DNA of 64,000 bases, from assembly GCA_965197525.1 (NCBI GenBank), contig OZ240211.1, positions 1,920,001 through 1,984,000 on the forward strand, read 5' to 3'. How positions within the stretch are numbered: the stretch's first letter is position 1; each line of letters opens with the position of its first letter. The DNA is from Nitrosopumilus sp. (GTDB lineage Archaea > Thermoproteota > Nitrososphaeria > Nitrososphaerales > Nitrosopumilaceae). The notes beneath the pieces were generated by a model. The model saw nothing but the letters and a program-made list of their open reading frames with translations, was not told where the DNA came from and made no database searches. The translations under genes and the position numbers were made by a program. Below, in pieces: positions 51,603 to 62,453 of the stretch.

Positions 51603-52091
51603 TTGATTATGTGGGCAATTCTCTCTATTCTAGTTGAAAATAAACCAGGAATCTTATTCAAGGTCACACATCTATTTAGATCTAGAAATTTTAATATCGA
51701 TAGCATCTCAGTGGGAGTGACTGAGAATCCTGATTACTCTAAAATGACTATTACTACATATGGTGATGAAAAACAGGTGGCGCAGATAGTAAAGCAGCTT
51801 GACAAGATGATTGATACTGTCAAAGTTGAGCATCTAGATCAGTACCAAACGATATACCGTGAACTATGTCTCTTCAGGATTAGCGTTAATACCTCTGATG
51901 ACAGTATGAAGATTAATCAGCTGGCAAAGGCATATGGTGGTATAGTGCACGACGTCAAAAAGACATCTCTTGTAGTAGAATTGACTGCCACACCTGATCA
52001 GATTATTGCATTTGAAGAGTTGATAAAACCATTTGGAATACTTGATGTCGCACGAACAGGTGTTACTGCCTTACAGAGGAGCAAAGAATGA
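51603..52091 (+). CDS. ilvN: Acetolactate synthase small subunit
   Basis: ACT domain VENKPGIL...FNIDSISVG; ARTG. Confidence 0.92.
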   Translation: MIMWAILSILVENKPGILFKVTHLFRSRNFNIDSISVGVTENPDYSKMTITTYGDEKQVAQIVKQLDKMIDTVKVEHLDQYQTIYRELCLFRISVNTSDDSMKINQLAKAYGGIVHDVKKTSLVVELTATPDQIIAFEELIKPFGILDVARTGVTALQRSKE

Positions 52092-53590
52092 AGATCAGAA
52101 TATTTGACACTACGCTAAGGGATGGAGAACAGACTCCTGGAATTTCCTTGTCACCTATCCAAAAACTCTCAATTGCAAAAAAATTGGACGTGTTAGGTGT
52201 AGATGCAATTGAGGCTGGCTTTCCAGTAATATCTTCAGGTGAGATGGAAGCGGTACAGATGATTACTGACGCTGGACTGTCTTGCGAAATTGCAGGACTG
52301 GCCCGAACTTCCAAAAAAGATATTGATGCTATAGTTGATGCCGGTTTGAGCTATGTACATACATTTATTGCAACTTCTGACATTCATTTGCAATACAAGC
52401 TCAAAATTACCAGAGAACAAGCACTTGAAAAAGCAGTTGATGCAGTAGAGTATGGAAAATCTCGAGGATTGCAGGTAGAGTTTTCAGCAGAAGATGCTAC
52501 AAGAACTGATAAAGAATTTCTAAATACCGTATTCAGTCAAGTGGCCAAAGCAGGAGCTGATAGAATTGATATTCCTGACACTGTGGGGTACTCTACTCCT
52601 GAATACATGGCAGATATTACTCGTAATGCAATAAAAGCTACCAAACTCCCAGTAAGCGTTCATTGTCATAACGACTTTGGTCTAGCAGTTGCAAACGCAT
52701 TATCTGGAATCCGTGCAGGCGCGTCTTGTGCCCATGTTACTGTTAATGGAATTGGTGAGAGGGCAGGTAACGCATCACTTGAGGAGCTATCCATGGCATT
52801 GCAATGTTTACCATATGATGATAAATATGAGACTAACATAAAATCAGAGTTAATCTATGAGACATCAAGATATGTCTCTCGTATTGTAGGAATTCAGGTT
52901 CAGCCAAACAAGGCTATTGTGGGTGATAACGCATTCGGACATGAATCCGGAATCCATACTCATGGCATCCTAAATAATCCACTCACTTATGAGCCCATCA
53001 GTCCCGAACTAGTTGGACGAAAGAGGCGATTACAGGTTGGCAAGCATGCTGGAATTCACGGAATGAATGCCATGCTTGCAGACTATGGCATCAAGCCCTC
53101 TCCAGAACAATCCAATCAAATTCTTCAGCACGTTAAATTGCTAGGCGATCAGGGAACACAGATTACTGATGTAGAGTTGCTATCTATTGCAAATGACATC
53201 CTAGGTGATTCAGGAATTAAACAGATTGTAAAGCTGACTGGATTCTCTGTGTCTACTGGTATTGGAACAATGCCTTATGCCTTTGTAAAACTGAATATTG
53301 ATGGTGATGACTTTATAGGAACTAACTATGGTGTTGGTCCGGTTGATGCAGCACTCAACGCAATTCAAAAGATTACCGGAAAGATCTCCCCAATGAAGAT
53401 CACCGACTATAGTTTGGCATCAATTAGTGGCGGTTCTGCTGCATTGTGTGAGGTAACTGTTAGTATAGAGGACATCCATGGAAATACAATCTCTTCTAAA
53501 TCAGTAGGAAACGATATTGTGACTACTAGTGTTCATGCAGTCATTGACGGTGTTAATAGAATCATGCTCAAAAAAAGAACACAGAAATGA
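52088..53590 (+). CDS. leuA: 2-isopropylmalate synthase (or citramalate synthase)
   Basis: DTTLRDGEQ, HCHND, GIGERAGN, HESGIH, C-terminal regulatory domain. Confidence 0.88.
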   Translation: MKIRIFDTTLRDGEQTPGISLSPIQKLSIAKKLDVLGVDAIEAGFPVISSGEMEAVQMITDAGLSCEIAGLARTSKKDIDAIVDAGLSYVHTFIATSDIHLQYKLKITREQALEKAVDAVEYGKSRGLQVEFSAEDATRTDKEFLNTVFSQVAKAGADRIDIPDTVGYSTPEYMADITRNAIKATKLPVSVHCHNDFGLAVANALSGIRAGASCAHVTVNGIGERAGNASLEELSMALQCLPYDDKYETNIKSELIYETSRYVSRIVGIQVQPNKAIVGDNAFGHESGIHTHGILNNPLTYEPISPELVGRKRRLQVGKHAGIHGMNAMLADYGIKPSPEQSNQILQHVKLLGDQGTQITDVELLSIANDILGDSGIKQIVKLTGFSVSTGIGTMPYAFVKLNIDGDDFIGTNYGVGPVDAALNAIQKITGKISPMKITDYSLASISGGSAALCEVTVSIEDIHGNTISSKSVGNDIVTTSVHAVIDGVNRIMLKKRTQK

Positions 53591-53663
53591 TGATGGTGAT
53601 GATGGTGATGATGCACAAGACCGACAGACAAGTTCTAAATACTGATGAGGTTGTTCCCATACC

Positions 53664-54677
53664 ATGTATAAAATTTCACTGATTACCGGTGATGGAATCG
53701 GTCCTGAACTATCAGAGTCTGCCATCCCTGTGTTAAATACGATTCGTGATAGATACGATTTAAAATTAGATGTTGTGCCATTATCTGCCGGAGATAAGGC
53801 CTTAGCTGAGACAGGGCATGCACTACCCATTGATACCATTAATACAATAAAAAACTCTGATGCCTGTATCAAAGCTCCTGTTGGCGAGTCAGCAGCTGAT
53901 GTAATCGTGGTGTTGAGGAGGATGCTTGATCTTTATGCTAATATACGACCTGCAAAATCATATCCACACATGCCCGCATTAAGAGATGATATTGATATGG
54001 TGATAGTCCGAGAGAATACTGAAGATCTATACATTGGCAAGGAATTCAACATGGGTGATTCATCTGTTGCATTACGGGTGATCTCAGGGAGTGCTTCTAA
54101 AAGAATCGCAAAGTATGCTTTTGAGACTGCAACCCAGCGCAACTCGGCAAAAAAAGTAACCTGTGTTCACAAATCAAACGTCATGCGTATAACTGATGGC
54201 ATGTTTGCAGATTCATGCAAAGCAGTATCAGAAGAATATCCTGATATTGCATTTGAAGAGATGTATGTTGACGCATGTGCCATGAACTTGATTCGCCAGC
54301 CTGAGCAGTTTGATGTTATAGTGACTACAAACCTGTTTGGTGATATACTGTCTGATGAATCTTCTCAGGTAGTTGGTGGGTTGGGGATGGCACCAGCTGC
54401 CAACATTGGAGAAGACTTTGCGTTATTTGAGCCTGTGCATGGAGCTGCATTTGACATTGCAGGCCAAAATATCGCCAACCCTTCATCTTTTTTGTTATCC
54501 ATCAAGATGATGTTTGATTGGCTAGGAAACAAACATAATGACAGTCGGTGTATCGCAGCTGGTAAAAAATTGGAATCTACAATATTTGATCTGGTAAAGA
54601 CAGGTGTAAAAACTAAAGATATTGGTGGTAATATGAGTACCAGCGAATTTACCGCACATATCACAGACAATCTTTAG
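53664..54677 (+). CDS. leuB: 3-isopropylmalate / isocitrate dehydrogenase family enzyme
   Basis: GDGIGPE, RENTED, HKSN, NLFGDILSD, EPVHGAAFDIAG. Confidence 0.85.
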   Translation: MYKISLITGDGIGPELSESAIPVLNTIRDRYDLKLDVVPLSAGDKALAETGHALPIDTINTIKNSDACIKAPVGESAADVIVVLRRMLDLYANIRPAKSYPHMPALRDDIDMVIVRENTEDLYIGKEFNMGDSSVALRVISGSASKRIAKYAFETATQRNSAKKVTCVHKSNVMRITDGMFADSCKAVSEEYPDIAFEEMYVDACAMNLIRQPEQFDVIVTTNLFGDILSDESSQVVGGLGMAPAANIGEDFALFEPVHGAAFDIAGQNIANPSSFLLSIKMMFDWLGNKHNDSRCIAAGKKLESTIFDLVKTGVKTKDIGGNMSTSEFTAHITDNL

Positions 54678-54745
54678 TTATTTTACATCTGTGTATACAT
54701 TCAGGTCATTTTAACGGAATTTATGTTTTTTACAAAATGGCGGTT

Positions 54746-55162
54746 TTACAATCCTCCGCCTGTAATTTCCCCAAGCTCTACTTCGTATCCGCTTGGGTCT
54801 ACAATGTAGACTGATTTTGAACTCTCCCAGTCCACAACTCCGCCGTATAGAATTTGTACGTTATTTGCTTTGCATCTATCAATCACTTTGTCAAAATTCT
54901 CAATATTGAATCCAAAGTGTGCAATTCCTCCTTCAGGCGACATGTCTGGTATCTCATACATACAAAGCTTGATGGAATCATTTCCTATGATCACTGATGG
55001 CACGTCTGCCTTGTTTGGGTTCTCTTTTTGTTTTATCTCAAAACCAAAAAGATTCTTGTAAAACTCTACACTGTCCTTCAAATTTTTTACCTTCATGTTT
55101 ACATGATCAATTGATGTTGCGTGCAGCTTACTCATGATACAGTATATGTATGCGATTTGCAT
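54746..55162 (-). CDS. VOC/glyoxalase family protein
   Basis: IDHVNM, FYKNLFGF, AHFGF, YIVDPSGYEVEL. Confidence 0.88.
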   Translation of the reverse strand: MQIAYIYCIMSKLHATSIDHVNMKVKNLKDSVEFYKNLFGFEIKQKENPNKADVPSVIIGNDSIKLCMYEIPDMSPEGGIAHFGFNIENFDKVIDRCKANNVQILYGGVVDWESSKSVYIVDPSGYEVELGEITGGGL

Positions 55163-55609
55163 TATTTAATTTTTAAATCATTGGCACGATTTTATGTTAA
55201 ATTAATAAATCAACGAGATACATGGAAAACCGCTGAAAACAGGACGCTTTCCTAACATGATGTGTTTTCCAAACCTTTTGCTCTACGACGCAGAACAGAG
55301 GCTTCTCGTTACTATTACTATGTCAAAATTGTATTTAAGTATAATCTAAGCTAGGTTGCATGTGCTCACGTCGATACATACATTCACATTTGTGGGCATT
55401 GTGATCTTGTCATACGTCCCATACATGAACTCCCAGTAGATAAACTATTATAAAATCAACATCTTTGAACCCTGTGGCCAAATGCTGTATCTGTAAACTC
55501 GTTCCAGGCACTCTGAAAATCTCTGATGGCAATCCAAAATACAAAGGCAAGCCCATCTGTAAAGAGTGCCAAGGGTATCGCAGGCTGCTCAAAGAGACAA
55601 AATAACTTA

Positions 55610-55855
55610 CTATGTCTCTTGGGTCTTGTTCTTTGCAGCCCACTGCTCATACATCTTGATCAACTCATCTACGTCGCCTCCTTCTTCTGAATACGTCACT
55701 ATTACCCCAAACGTTCCTTTCTTGTCATGGCCTCTTGCAAAATATCCCCAAAAAGAATCTGGCAACTTTACAAAGTTGTTTGAGTCGTGTGATACACCAA
55801 TCAAGTTATTTCCTATGACTTCTACTACTTTTTTTGCATCATCTTGATTAATCAT
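55610..55855 (-). CDS. Hypothetical protein
   Basis: 81-aa ORF downstream of aspS. Confidence 0.6.
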   Translation of the reverse strand: MINQDDAKKVVEVIGNNLIGVSHDSNNFVKLPDSFWGYFARGHDKKGTFGVIVTYSEEGGDVDELIKMYEQWAAKNKTQET

Positions 55856-55894
55856 GAATATTTGAGATACCCATACAATAAAAATCTGAATAAC

Positions 55895-57184
55895 TTATGG
55901 TTTTAGTCTGTCAGGATCCCTTGGATATAACACGACTTCGCGAACATTGTCAATTCCAATTAATGTGGTCATTAACCTGTCTAGTCCCATGCCCCAACCT
56001 GAATGTGGCGGCATCCCCCAGTCAAATGCTTTGAGATGATCTGCAAACTGTGCAGGATCCAGCCCTTGTTCCTTTAGTCTATTTTTTAGCATCTCTGGGT
56101 TGTGGAGTCTTGTTCCGCCTGATGATAGTTCCAAGTATCCGTACTGCAAGTCAAATGAGCGTGACAATGTTGCATCATCATCTTTCTCTCTGATGTAAAA
56201 TGGTTTTAATTTCATTGGCCAGTCAATCAAAAAATAAAATCCTGGATGGTTCTTGCCTATTATCCTCAGGTGTGAATCCAACAAATCATCTCCGAACTCT
56301 ATCTTTTCCTTCTGCTCTTTTAATTCTTCAATACACTGTGTATATGTCACCCGTTCAAACGATGACGATGGCACATTGATTGTGTGTCCAATCAATTCCT
56401 GCTCTTTTTTGCAATTCTCACTTGTGTATTTATACACTGACATAACTAATGACTCTAACACATCCATAACGTCATTGTAATCCATAAATGCTGCCTCTAC
56501 GTCGATGCTGGTAAATTCAGTCAGGTGCCGTCCAGTATGTGAGTTTTCTGCTCTGTAAAAGTTAGATATCTCAAACACTCTCTCCAATCCTATTGTCATC
56601 TGCTCTTTGTATAGTTGTGGGCTTTGAGCAAGATATGCCGTCTTTCCAAAATAGTCTAATGAAAACAGGTCAGCCCCTCCCTCACTTGCACTGCCTATTA
56701 TCTTGGGTGTTGTTATCTCTATGAATTTTTTATCAGCTAATGTCTCTCGTAATATCTGCAATACATGATGACGCAGCTTGAATATTGAGGCAGTCTTTTG
56801 ATTTCTCATATCAAGTGCACGATGATTTAACCGCGTATCTATATTGCTCTCTAATCTGCCAATCGGGTCTACTGGCAATGGGTGGATAGCTTTTGCCAGT
56901 ACCTCTATGTCTTCTGCCTTTATCTCAAATGCAAAGTCACGTGCTTGCGTCTCTTGTACAATCCCCTTGACGCTGACCACACTCTGACGGTTAATCTCGT
57001 CTAGTTTGTCATTTAACTCTCCTTTGATTATGACTTGAGAGATTCCTGATACGTCACGCAGTGTCATAAATGTCATCTTTGCCAACTTTCGAAGATCTTC
57101 AATCCATCCGCACAATACTACCTGTTCTCCAATCAATCCCTCTGTCAATTCTGAAACGTCATGGGTTTTTACAAAAGTTGTCAT
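55895..57184 (-). CDS. aspS: Archaeal aspartyl-tRNA synthetase (probably non-discriminating)
   Basis: OB-fold, AQSPQLYK, FYRAE, SSGGTR, GMPPHSGWGMG. Confidence 0.95.
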   Translation of the reverse strand: MTTFVKTHDVSELTEGLIGEQVVLCGWIEDLRKLAKMTFMTLRDVSGISQVIIKGELNDKLDEINRQSVVSVKGIVQETQARDFAFEIKAEDIEVLAKAIHPLPVDPIGRLESNIDTRLNHRALDMRNQKTASIFKLRHHVLQILRETLADKKFIEITTPKIIGSASEGGADLFSLDYFGKTAYLAQSPQLYKEQMTIGLERVFEISNFYRAENSHTGRHLTEFTSIDVEAAFMDYNDVMDVLESLVMSVYKYTSENCKKEQELIGHTINVPSSSFERVTYTQCIEELKEQKEKIEFGDDLLDSHLRIIGKNHPGFYFLIDWPMKLKPFYIREKDDDATLSRSFDLQYGYLELSSGGTRLHNPEMLKNRLKEQGLDPAQFADHLKAFDWGMPPHSGWGMGLDRLMTTLIGIDNVREVVLYPRDPDRLKP

Positions 57185-57693
57185 CTTTTATCCTCAAATT
57201 CTATCTCCATGTCAATGTTTCGAAGATGTTTGACCATTTTTATGACTCTTTCTATATCTATTGGAAATTTAGTAGTCCATCTACCTGATATCACTACCTT
57301 GGTCTTGCTGCTACCTCCCCTCATCCAGACTTTGTTAACTGACAAAACCTTGGTTGGGAAGAACAAGTCTATTACAAGCTGATCATTTGTCTCTTCTGCC
57401 TCTACTAGCCAAATCTTTCCCTTGAACTGTTTTTGTAGTATTCCATATAGCGTATGACTTTGTCTGATTGCCATAATGTCATTTTTGGCAAATGATAGTA
57501 TGAAATCGCCGTCAAACTCTCTGCAAGAATACAACGTAAAACTCTCAAATACCTTGTTTGATTTTCCAATCCTTCCAAGATTCATTGATGCATCAACGTC
57601 TGCTTTTGTTAATTTGCCTGACTTGACTTTGTCTTCGCATTGAGGACACAGCACTGAATTTTTTGCGTCAAATATACAAATCGGCAGTTTCAT
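57181..57693 (-). CDS. NusA-like KH-domain protein
   Basis: MKLPICIFDAK...LCPQC N-terminus typical of the archaeal NusA paralogue. Confidence 0.7.
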   Translation of the reverse strand: MKLPICIFDAKNSVLCPQCEDKVKSGKLTKADVDASMNLGRIGKSNKVFESFTLYSCREFDGDFILSFAKNDIMAIRQSHTLYGILQKQFKGKIWLVEAEETNDQLVIDLFFPTKVLSVNKVWMRGGSSKTKVVISGRWTTKFPIDIERVIKMVKHLRNIDMEIEFEDKR

Positions 57694-57913
57694 CTAAACC
57701 AGTTTAGTTCTGATAATGTTGTTTATATCCCTATACCATCCTACAGATTTTAAATTCGTAATCTTTTGCTATCTCGTAGCGGCCTATTGAACTGATCTCC
57801 TCATCTGCTGTTCAAATCCGATGATGCATCTTTACAACTAGTAAATAATCCCAGTACGTTTAATCTATATCATCAATGCAAAACAATAATTTGAACCTGA
57901 ATCAAGGGGAATC

Positions 57914-58852
57914 ATGGCATTCCTGACAATTGATGGACTATCATCGCAGTACGCCTCATCGCACGGACCAGTATACGCAGTTGATGACGTAGATATAGAA
58001 CTAGAACCCGGAGAATCCCTGGGAATTGCAGGTGAGAGTGCGTGTGGGAAGAGTACGTTGGGGTTGTCATTAATTCGAATGCTTGAGGGTGGTACAACCG
58101 CTGGCAAGATAATCTTTGATGGTGATTCAATCTTGGATATGGATGAATCCGTATTTGATGACAAATTTAGATGGAAAAAAATCTCCATGATATTTCAAGG
58201 TGCCATGAATTCACTGGATCCTGTATTTACAATCAACCAACAGTTTACTGAGATTTTAAAACAGCACCGTTTTGAGGGCGATTCAAACAAATTAATCTCA
58301 GACTCAATGAATGCAGTTTCACTTGACAGTAATGTCTTAAATAAATACCCTCACGAGCTGAGTGGGGGAATGAAACAGCGAGTAGTCATTGCAATGGCAC
58401 TGCTATTAAAACCCAAACTTGTAATTGCAGATGAGCCTACCACCGCACTTGATGTTCTTATTCAAGCCCAGATTATCAATCTACTAAAATCCTTAAAAAA
58501 GGAAGGCATGTCATTTATGCTGATTACCCATGATTTAGCAGTACTATCTGAAATTGCAGAAAAGATTGGTATAATGTACGGAGGTGAGATGGTTGAGTTT
58601 GGTACTGCAGAACAGATATACAACAATCCTCAACATCCATATACTCAAGGACTTTTGGAATCCATTCCAAGATTGAAAGGCGATGCTCCAAAATACATCA
58701 AGGGTGTTCCACCTAGTTTGTTTGATGCCCCTACAAAATGTAGATTTATCGACAGGTGTCCGTTGGCTATTGAAAAATGCAAAGAACGTCCACCTAAATT
58801 CAAAACTGATACTGGCTATGTCAGATGTTGGTTGTATGAAGATAAAAAATAG
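57914..58852 (+). CDS. Peptide ABC transporter ATP-binding subunit (DppD/OppD-like)
   Basis: GESACGKS, LSGGMKQR, ADEPTTALD, HPYT, C-terminal C..RC..C. Confidence 0.9.
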   Translation: MAFLTIDGLSSQYASSHGPVYAVDDVDIELEPGESLGIAGESACGKSTLGLSLIRMLEGGTTAGKIIFDGDSILDMDESVFDDKFRWKKISMIFQGAMNSLDPVFTINQQFTEILKQHRFEGDSNKLISDSMNAVSLDSNVLNKYPHELSGGMKQRVVIAMALLLKPKLVIADEPTTALDVLIQAQIINLLKSLKKEGMSFMLITHDLAVLSEIAEKIGIMYGGEMVEFGTAEQIYNNPQHPYTQGLLESIPRLKGDAPKYIKGVPPSLFDAPTKCRFIDRCPLAIEKCKERPPKFKTDTGYVRCWLYEDKK

Positions 58853-58854
58853 TT

Positions 58855-59142
58855 TTATTTCGATCTGCTGACGTATTGTTTTTTGATCTTTTTTAAATAA
58901 ATTTTTTGTATCTGTGCAATCTCTTGTTCTGCTACGTTTCTTGAAATTATTTTTGCATAGTTTCAAAGATCCTGATTTTCCTGGGTTTTTTCAAATTCTT
59001 CAATCTTCTTTATTGTGTCCTGCTCAAATTTCATAATCTCTCTTAGTTTTTCACTAATCTCTTTTATCTCCATTTTTTTATAATTTTGAGTGTTCGTTGT
59101 TCTGTCGTTAATATTATCAATTAGTTTTTGAATATCTTGCAT
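58855..59142 (-). pseudogene. Coiled-coil hypothetical protein with in-frame TGA at 58963-58965
   Basis: MQDIQKLIDN...ENQDL*NYAKIISRNVAEQEIAQIQKIYLKKI; one continuous frame. Confidence 0.5.
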
Positions 59143-59227
59143 GGTTTATGACTTGGTGTCCTGACCCATTGTTTTTCAATCTTTATCTCAATTGGCCATA
59201 ACACGTTAGTGAGGGTAACTGTGGCTG

Positions 59228-59602
59228 TTATGAGTTATTTCTTACAATTGGCAGACACGCATCTATGATTCTCAACATCTCTGATCTGATTACTTTTTTG
59301 TCTATTGACACCCAGACTCTTGATTTTTTGATTGCAAATGATATGGTCTGAACTTTTTTTCTCTCCTCCCACACAAATTCAATCTCTCCTAAATTCTTGT
59401 CAAAGAATCCTTCCAAGTCAGTCTTCATGGCAATATGTGAGAATTGATATCGTGTATTCTTTGCGTTAAGAAGCGGAACTAGGTCCGATCTTCGTTTATA
59501 TGCTTGCAGGTTGCCACTCTCTCCTACCACACCTACAAATCTGATAAATGGACTAATGCTTGCTACAGCACTACAAATCACATCAAACTCTTTTTTTGTC
59601 AA
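59228..59602 (-). CDS. Hypothetical protein (roadblock/PAS-like fold possible)
   Basis: IRFVGVVGESG... 124-aa ORF. Confidence 0.65.
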   Translation of the reverse strand: MTKKEFDVICSAVASISPFIRFVGVVGESGNLQAYKRRSDLVPLLNAKNTRYQFSHIAMKTDLEGFFDKNLGEIEFVWEERKKVQTISFAIKKSRVWVSIDKKVIRSEMLRIIDACLPIVRNNS

Positions 59603-59829
59603 TCACAAGAATTAAAAATATATGATATTTTAATGAATTGTCTCTGTGTTGGTACATGTTTCTTTACTATATGAGTAATTTTAATGGTATTATCACAACA
59701 CTCATCTAACTATAAAATGTAAGTATTCAACAGCACAATAATAATAATAACAAATAACTGTTGGATTTCAGAATCTTCACTATTTCATGATCCTAGCTCA
59801 GTTAAATAAAACATGTAAATAGTCTGTTT

Positions 59830-60462
59830 GTGGATTTTGTAGATTTGTTCCCGTTTGCACCCGAAGTGGGATATCTAAGTTTGTCCCTAGTTAATTTTTT
59901 TGGTTCGCTGATCCCGTTTGTTCCATTGCCAGGATTTCTGCTTCTTGCGACCATGGCAGTAGGCGATCAGTTCGATCTTCATATCTTGGCCATATCGTCT
60001 GCTATTACTGCAACTGCTGCAAAACAGATTATATTTTATGTCAGTTATGGCGGCAGGCGAATCATTACAGAAAAGACCAGAGTCAGGATACGTCCATTTG
60101 AGAGACTTGTTAAAAAATATGGTGCAGCAGCAGCGTTTGCAGCAGCAGCAACCCCCATCCCTGACGATCTAGTCTATGTTCCATTGGGACTAGCAAGATA
60201 CAATCCTAAACGATTCTTTGTTGCGACTCTGACAGGCAAACTTATTCTCAGCTATGTCATTGTGTTTGTCTCTCACTATTTGGGGCTGTCCCTAGTCGAG
60301 CCGTTTCTTGAAAACGTGGATGATGCGACTCCAATATACATTGGAATAATCATATTTGGTGCGCTAATGACTACAATTGTGGTGCTACTGCTAAGATTGG
60401 ATTGGGCTCGAATTCTTGGTAGGTTTGCACCGTGGACTCTAGATGAGAACAACGAGGATTAA
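59830..60462 (+). CDS. VTT/DedA-family membrane protein
   Basis: SLIPFVPLP, ATPIPDD, GK; hydrophobic profile. Confidence 0.82.
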   Translation: MDFVDLFPFAPEVGYLSLSLVNFFGSLIPFVPLPGFLLLATMAVGDQFDLHILAISSAITATAAKQIIFYVSYGGRRIITEKTRVRIRPFERLVKKYGAAAAFAAAATPIPDDLVYVPLGLARYNPKRFFVATLTGKLILSYVIVFVSHYLGLSLVEPFLENVDDATPIYIGIIIFGALMTTIVVLLLRLDWARILGRFAPWTLDENNED

Positions 60463-61019
60463 ATCCGAATTTTAAAATTCCATAGTTTTTCTGTAGCTTG
60501 ACTGATACCTACTCTTGGCGATGCAGTTATGCCGTCTGCTTTTATTCCTTTTGATATACATAATCCAGAATCTTTTGTTAAATCAGTGCCATAATGCTGT
60601 TTTGTAATTTTGAGTGCTTGTGTAAGCTTTGCAGGCCCATTTGTCAGATTTTTAAAATCCACACCGCCCCTGTTTTTTTGCATTATCTCTATTCCTTTTT
60701 CAGGCTTAATTGCACGAATCAACACTGCGCCTGCAGCACTTTTCGGATCTCTTGCCACTGCATTAAAACAAAAATACATCCCATAGGTAAAATACACATA
60801 AGCTGATCCTACATCCCCGAACATTATTCTGTTTCTGTCTGTAATTTTGTTAAATGCATGACTTGCAGGATCATCATTATGTCTGTATGCTTCAGTCTCT
60901 GTAATTATTCCTGAGATTTTACGTCTACCAATCTTTCTAATTATCCTCTTTCCTAGGAGGTTTTTTGCCACATCGACTGTATCATGCAGGTAAAACTCCC
61001 TAGGCAGTATCGTATTCAA
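60459..61019 (-). CDS. mpg: 3-methyladenine DNA glycosylase (AAG/MPG family)
   Basis: LLGK, ITETEAY, YVYFTYGMYFCFN, VLIRA, NGPAKL, SPRVGI. Confidence 0.92.
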   Translation of the reverse strand: MNTILPREFYLHDTVDVAKNLLGKRIIRKIGRRKISGIITETEAYRHNDDPASHAFNKITDRNRIMFGDVGSAYVYFTYGMYFCFNAVARDPKSAAGAVLIRAIKPEKGIEIMQKNRGGVDFKNLTNGPAKLTQALKITKQHYGTDLTKDSGLCISKGIKADGITASPRVGISQATEKLWNFKIRI

Positions 61020-61599
61020 CGTCTATTGGTATCGTTTTGTTATTTTTTAACTCTGTGATTAAATCAAATAGTTTTAGAATGTCGTCTTGTAATACGCAGA
61101 CTAGCTCTTGGTTGTATATTGTAGCTGCTGGATGCAGGGTAAGAAAATACAGTTGATTGTCTTTATGTGCTATTTTACCTCTGAATTTTGTAATCTCTGC
61201 ACCCCCTAAAAGCGATTTAAATGCCGTATTTCCTAAAATACAGATTATCTTTGGCTTGATTATTGATATCTCTTCTTTGAGATACTCTTTACATGTGCTC
61301 CTCTCTGTTGTAGTTGGAACTCTGTTCTCTGGAGGTCTGCACTTTACAATATTTGTAATGTATACTTTGTCTCTTGGGATTCCTGCCTTGTCTAATGCTA
61401 ATGTTAGTTGTCTACCTGCTGCACCTACAAATGGCTCCCCTCTGGCATCTTCGTTTCTTCCTGGCGCTTCTCCTACAAAGATTACATCTGATGTTACACT
61501 GCCTTTGCCTGGAACCGCATTCGTTCTAGTCTTGCAAAGATCACATTTTGTACATTTAATGACGTTGTCTGTAACATGTTTGAGTTCTTGATTCTTCAT
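61000..61599 (-). CDS. udg: Family 4 uracil-DNA glycosylase
   Basis: CTKCDLC, VGEAPG, NIVKCRPPENR, HPAA. Confidence 0.92.
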   Translation of the reverse strand: MKNQELKHVTDNVIKCTKCDLCKTRTNAVPGKGSVTSDVIFVGEAPGRNEDARGEPFVGAAGRQLTLALDKAGIPRDKVYITNIVKCRPPENRVPTTTERSTCKEYLKEEISIIKPKIICILGNTAFKSLLGGAEITKFRGKIAHKDNQLYFLTLHPAATIYNQELVCVLQDDILKLFDLITELKNNKTIPIDVEYDTA

Positions 61600-62453
61600 T
61601 TTATCCTCTACGCACAGTTTTTCTTAATCGTTGTTGATTTATTGCTTTTGATCCTGAGTTATGTGAAGTCATCGGAGGCTGAAATCTGTTGAATATGATG
61701 GGTTTGTGCAAAGCACTGACTTCGAGGTCTGGCCTTCACACGAAATAATCTGATATTTTAAACGACTCTGATTGTCACAAACTGTAATGAGTTCAATACC
61801 TTCAGATGTACTGAAACTAATATCGGAACTGACTCGTTGTTATGAAAATCTGACTGATGCGGTAAAGAAGGAAAACAGAAAAAAAGCACTAGATGCAACG
61901 ACTGATGCCATACACATTGAATTAGACATTTCGAGTTGATTATGAATGTATACTAGAATTTTGGTGTAAAATTTGGGATTATGTATATAACTACGCGTTA
62001 TAAAAAAATAGATATGACGTGCAAACTGATACTCGCACTGCCAATCGGCATCTTGATTTGTGTGGTTGTGATATTCTCAGTTGAGGGATCGTGCCAAATC
62101 CTTATCTGCTAGAATCAAGCGGGCTAGGAATCCAATGCTGTAACGATCACGCATGCTACTATGACATAGAGTGGATGGATCTTAGAACGCATTCCAAGAG
62201 TAGGTGCAGACAAACATCCTATACCTGACAAATGGAATTGGCGTGACGATCTCTTAAACTGATTGATATTGTGTATTCTGTTTCTAAAAATTGTGGACTA
62301 TGTAGATGGGCAGACAAGACATGCGGATCTGGCACACGAAGGCGATGATTCCATGACAACGTTAAAAATTTAATCGAGTCATACAAAAAATACTGACCGC
62401 GTCAATTCTCAAAGTAATTAAAGGGCTTTACTAGTAAGGAATCGATAAAGAAT

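Noticed and set aside
58963-58965. In-frame TGA as possible selenocysteine or readthrough
   Set aside because: No SECIS-like hairpin, no redox motif and no Sec machinery visible; treated as a nonsense mutation or error.
61600-62400. Short ORF fragments upstream of the PIN-ATPase (e.g. MSSIPSDVLKLISELTRCY...)
   Set aside because: Too short or degraded to assign; no recognisable motif.
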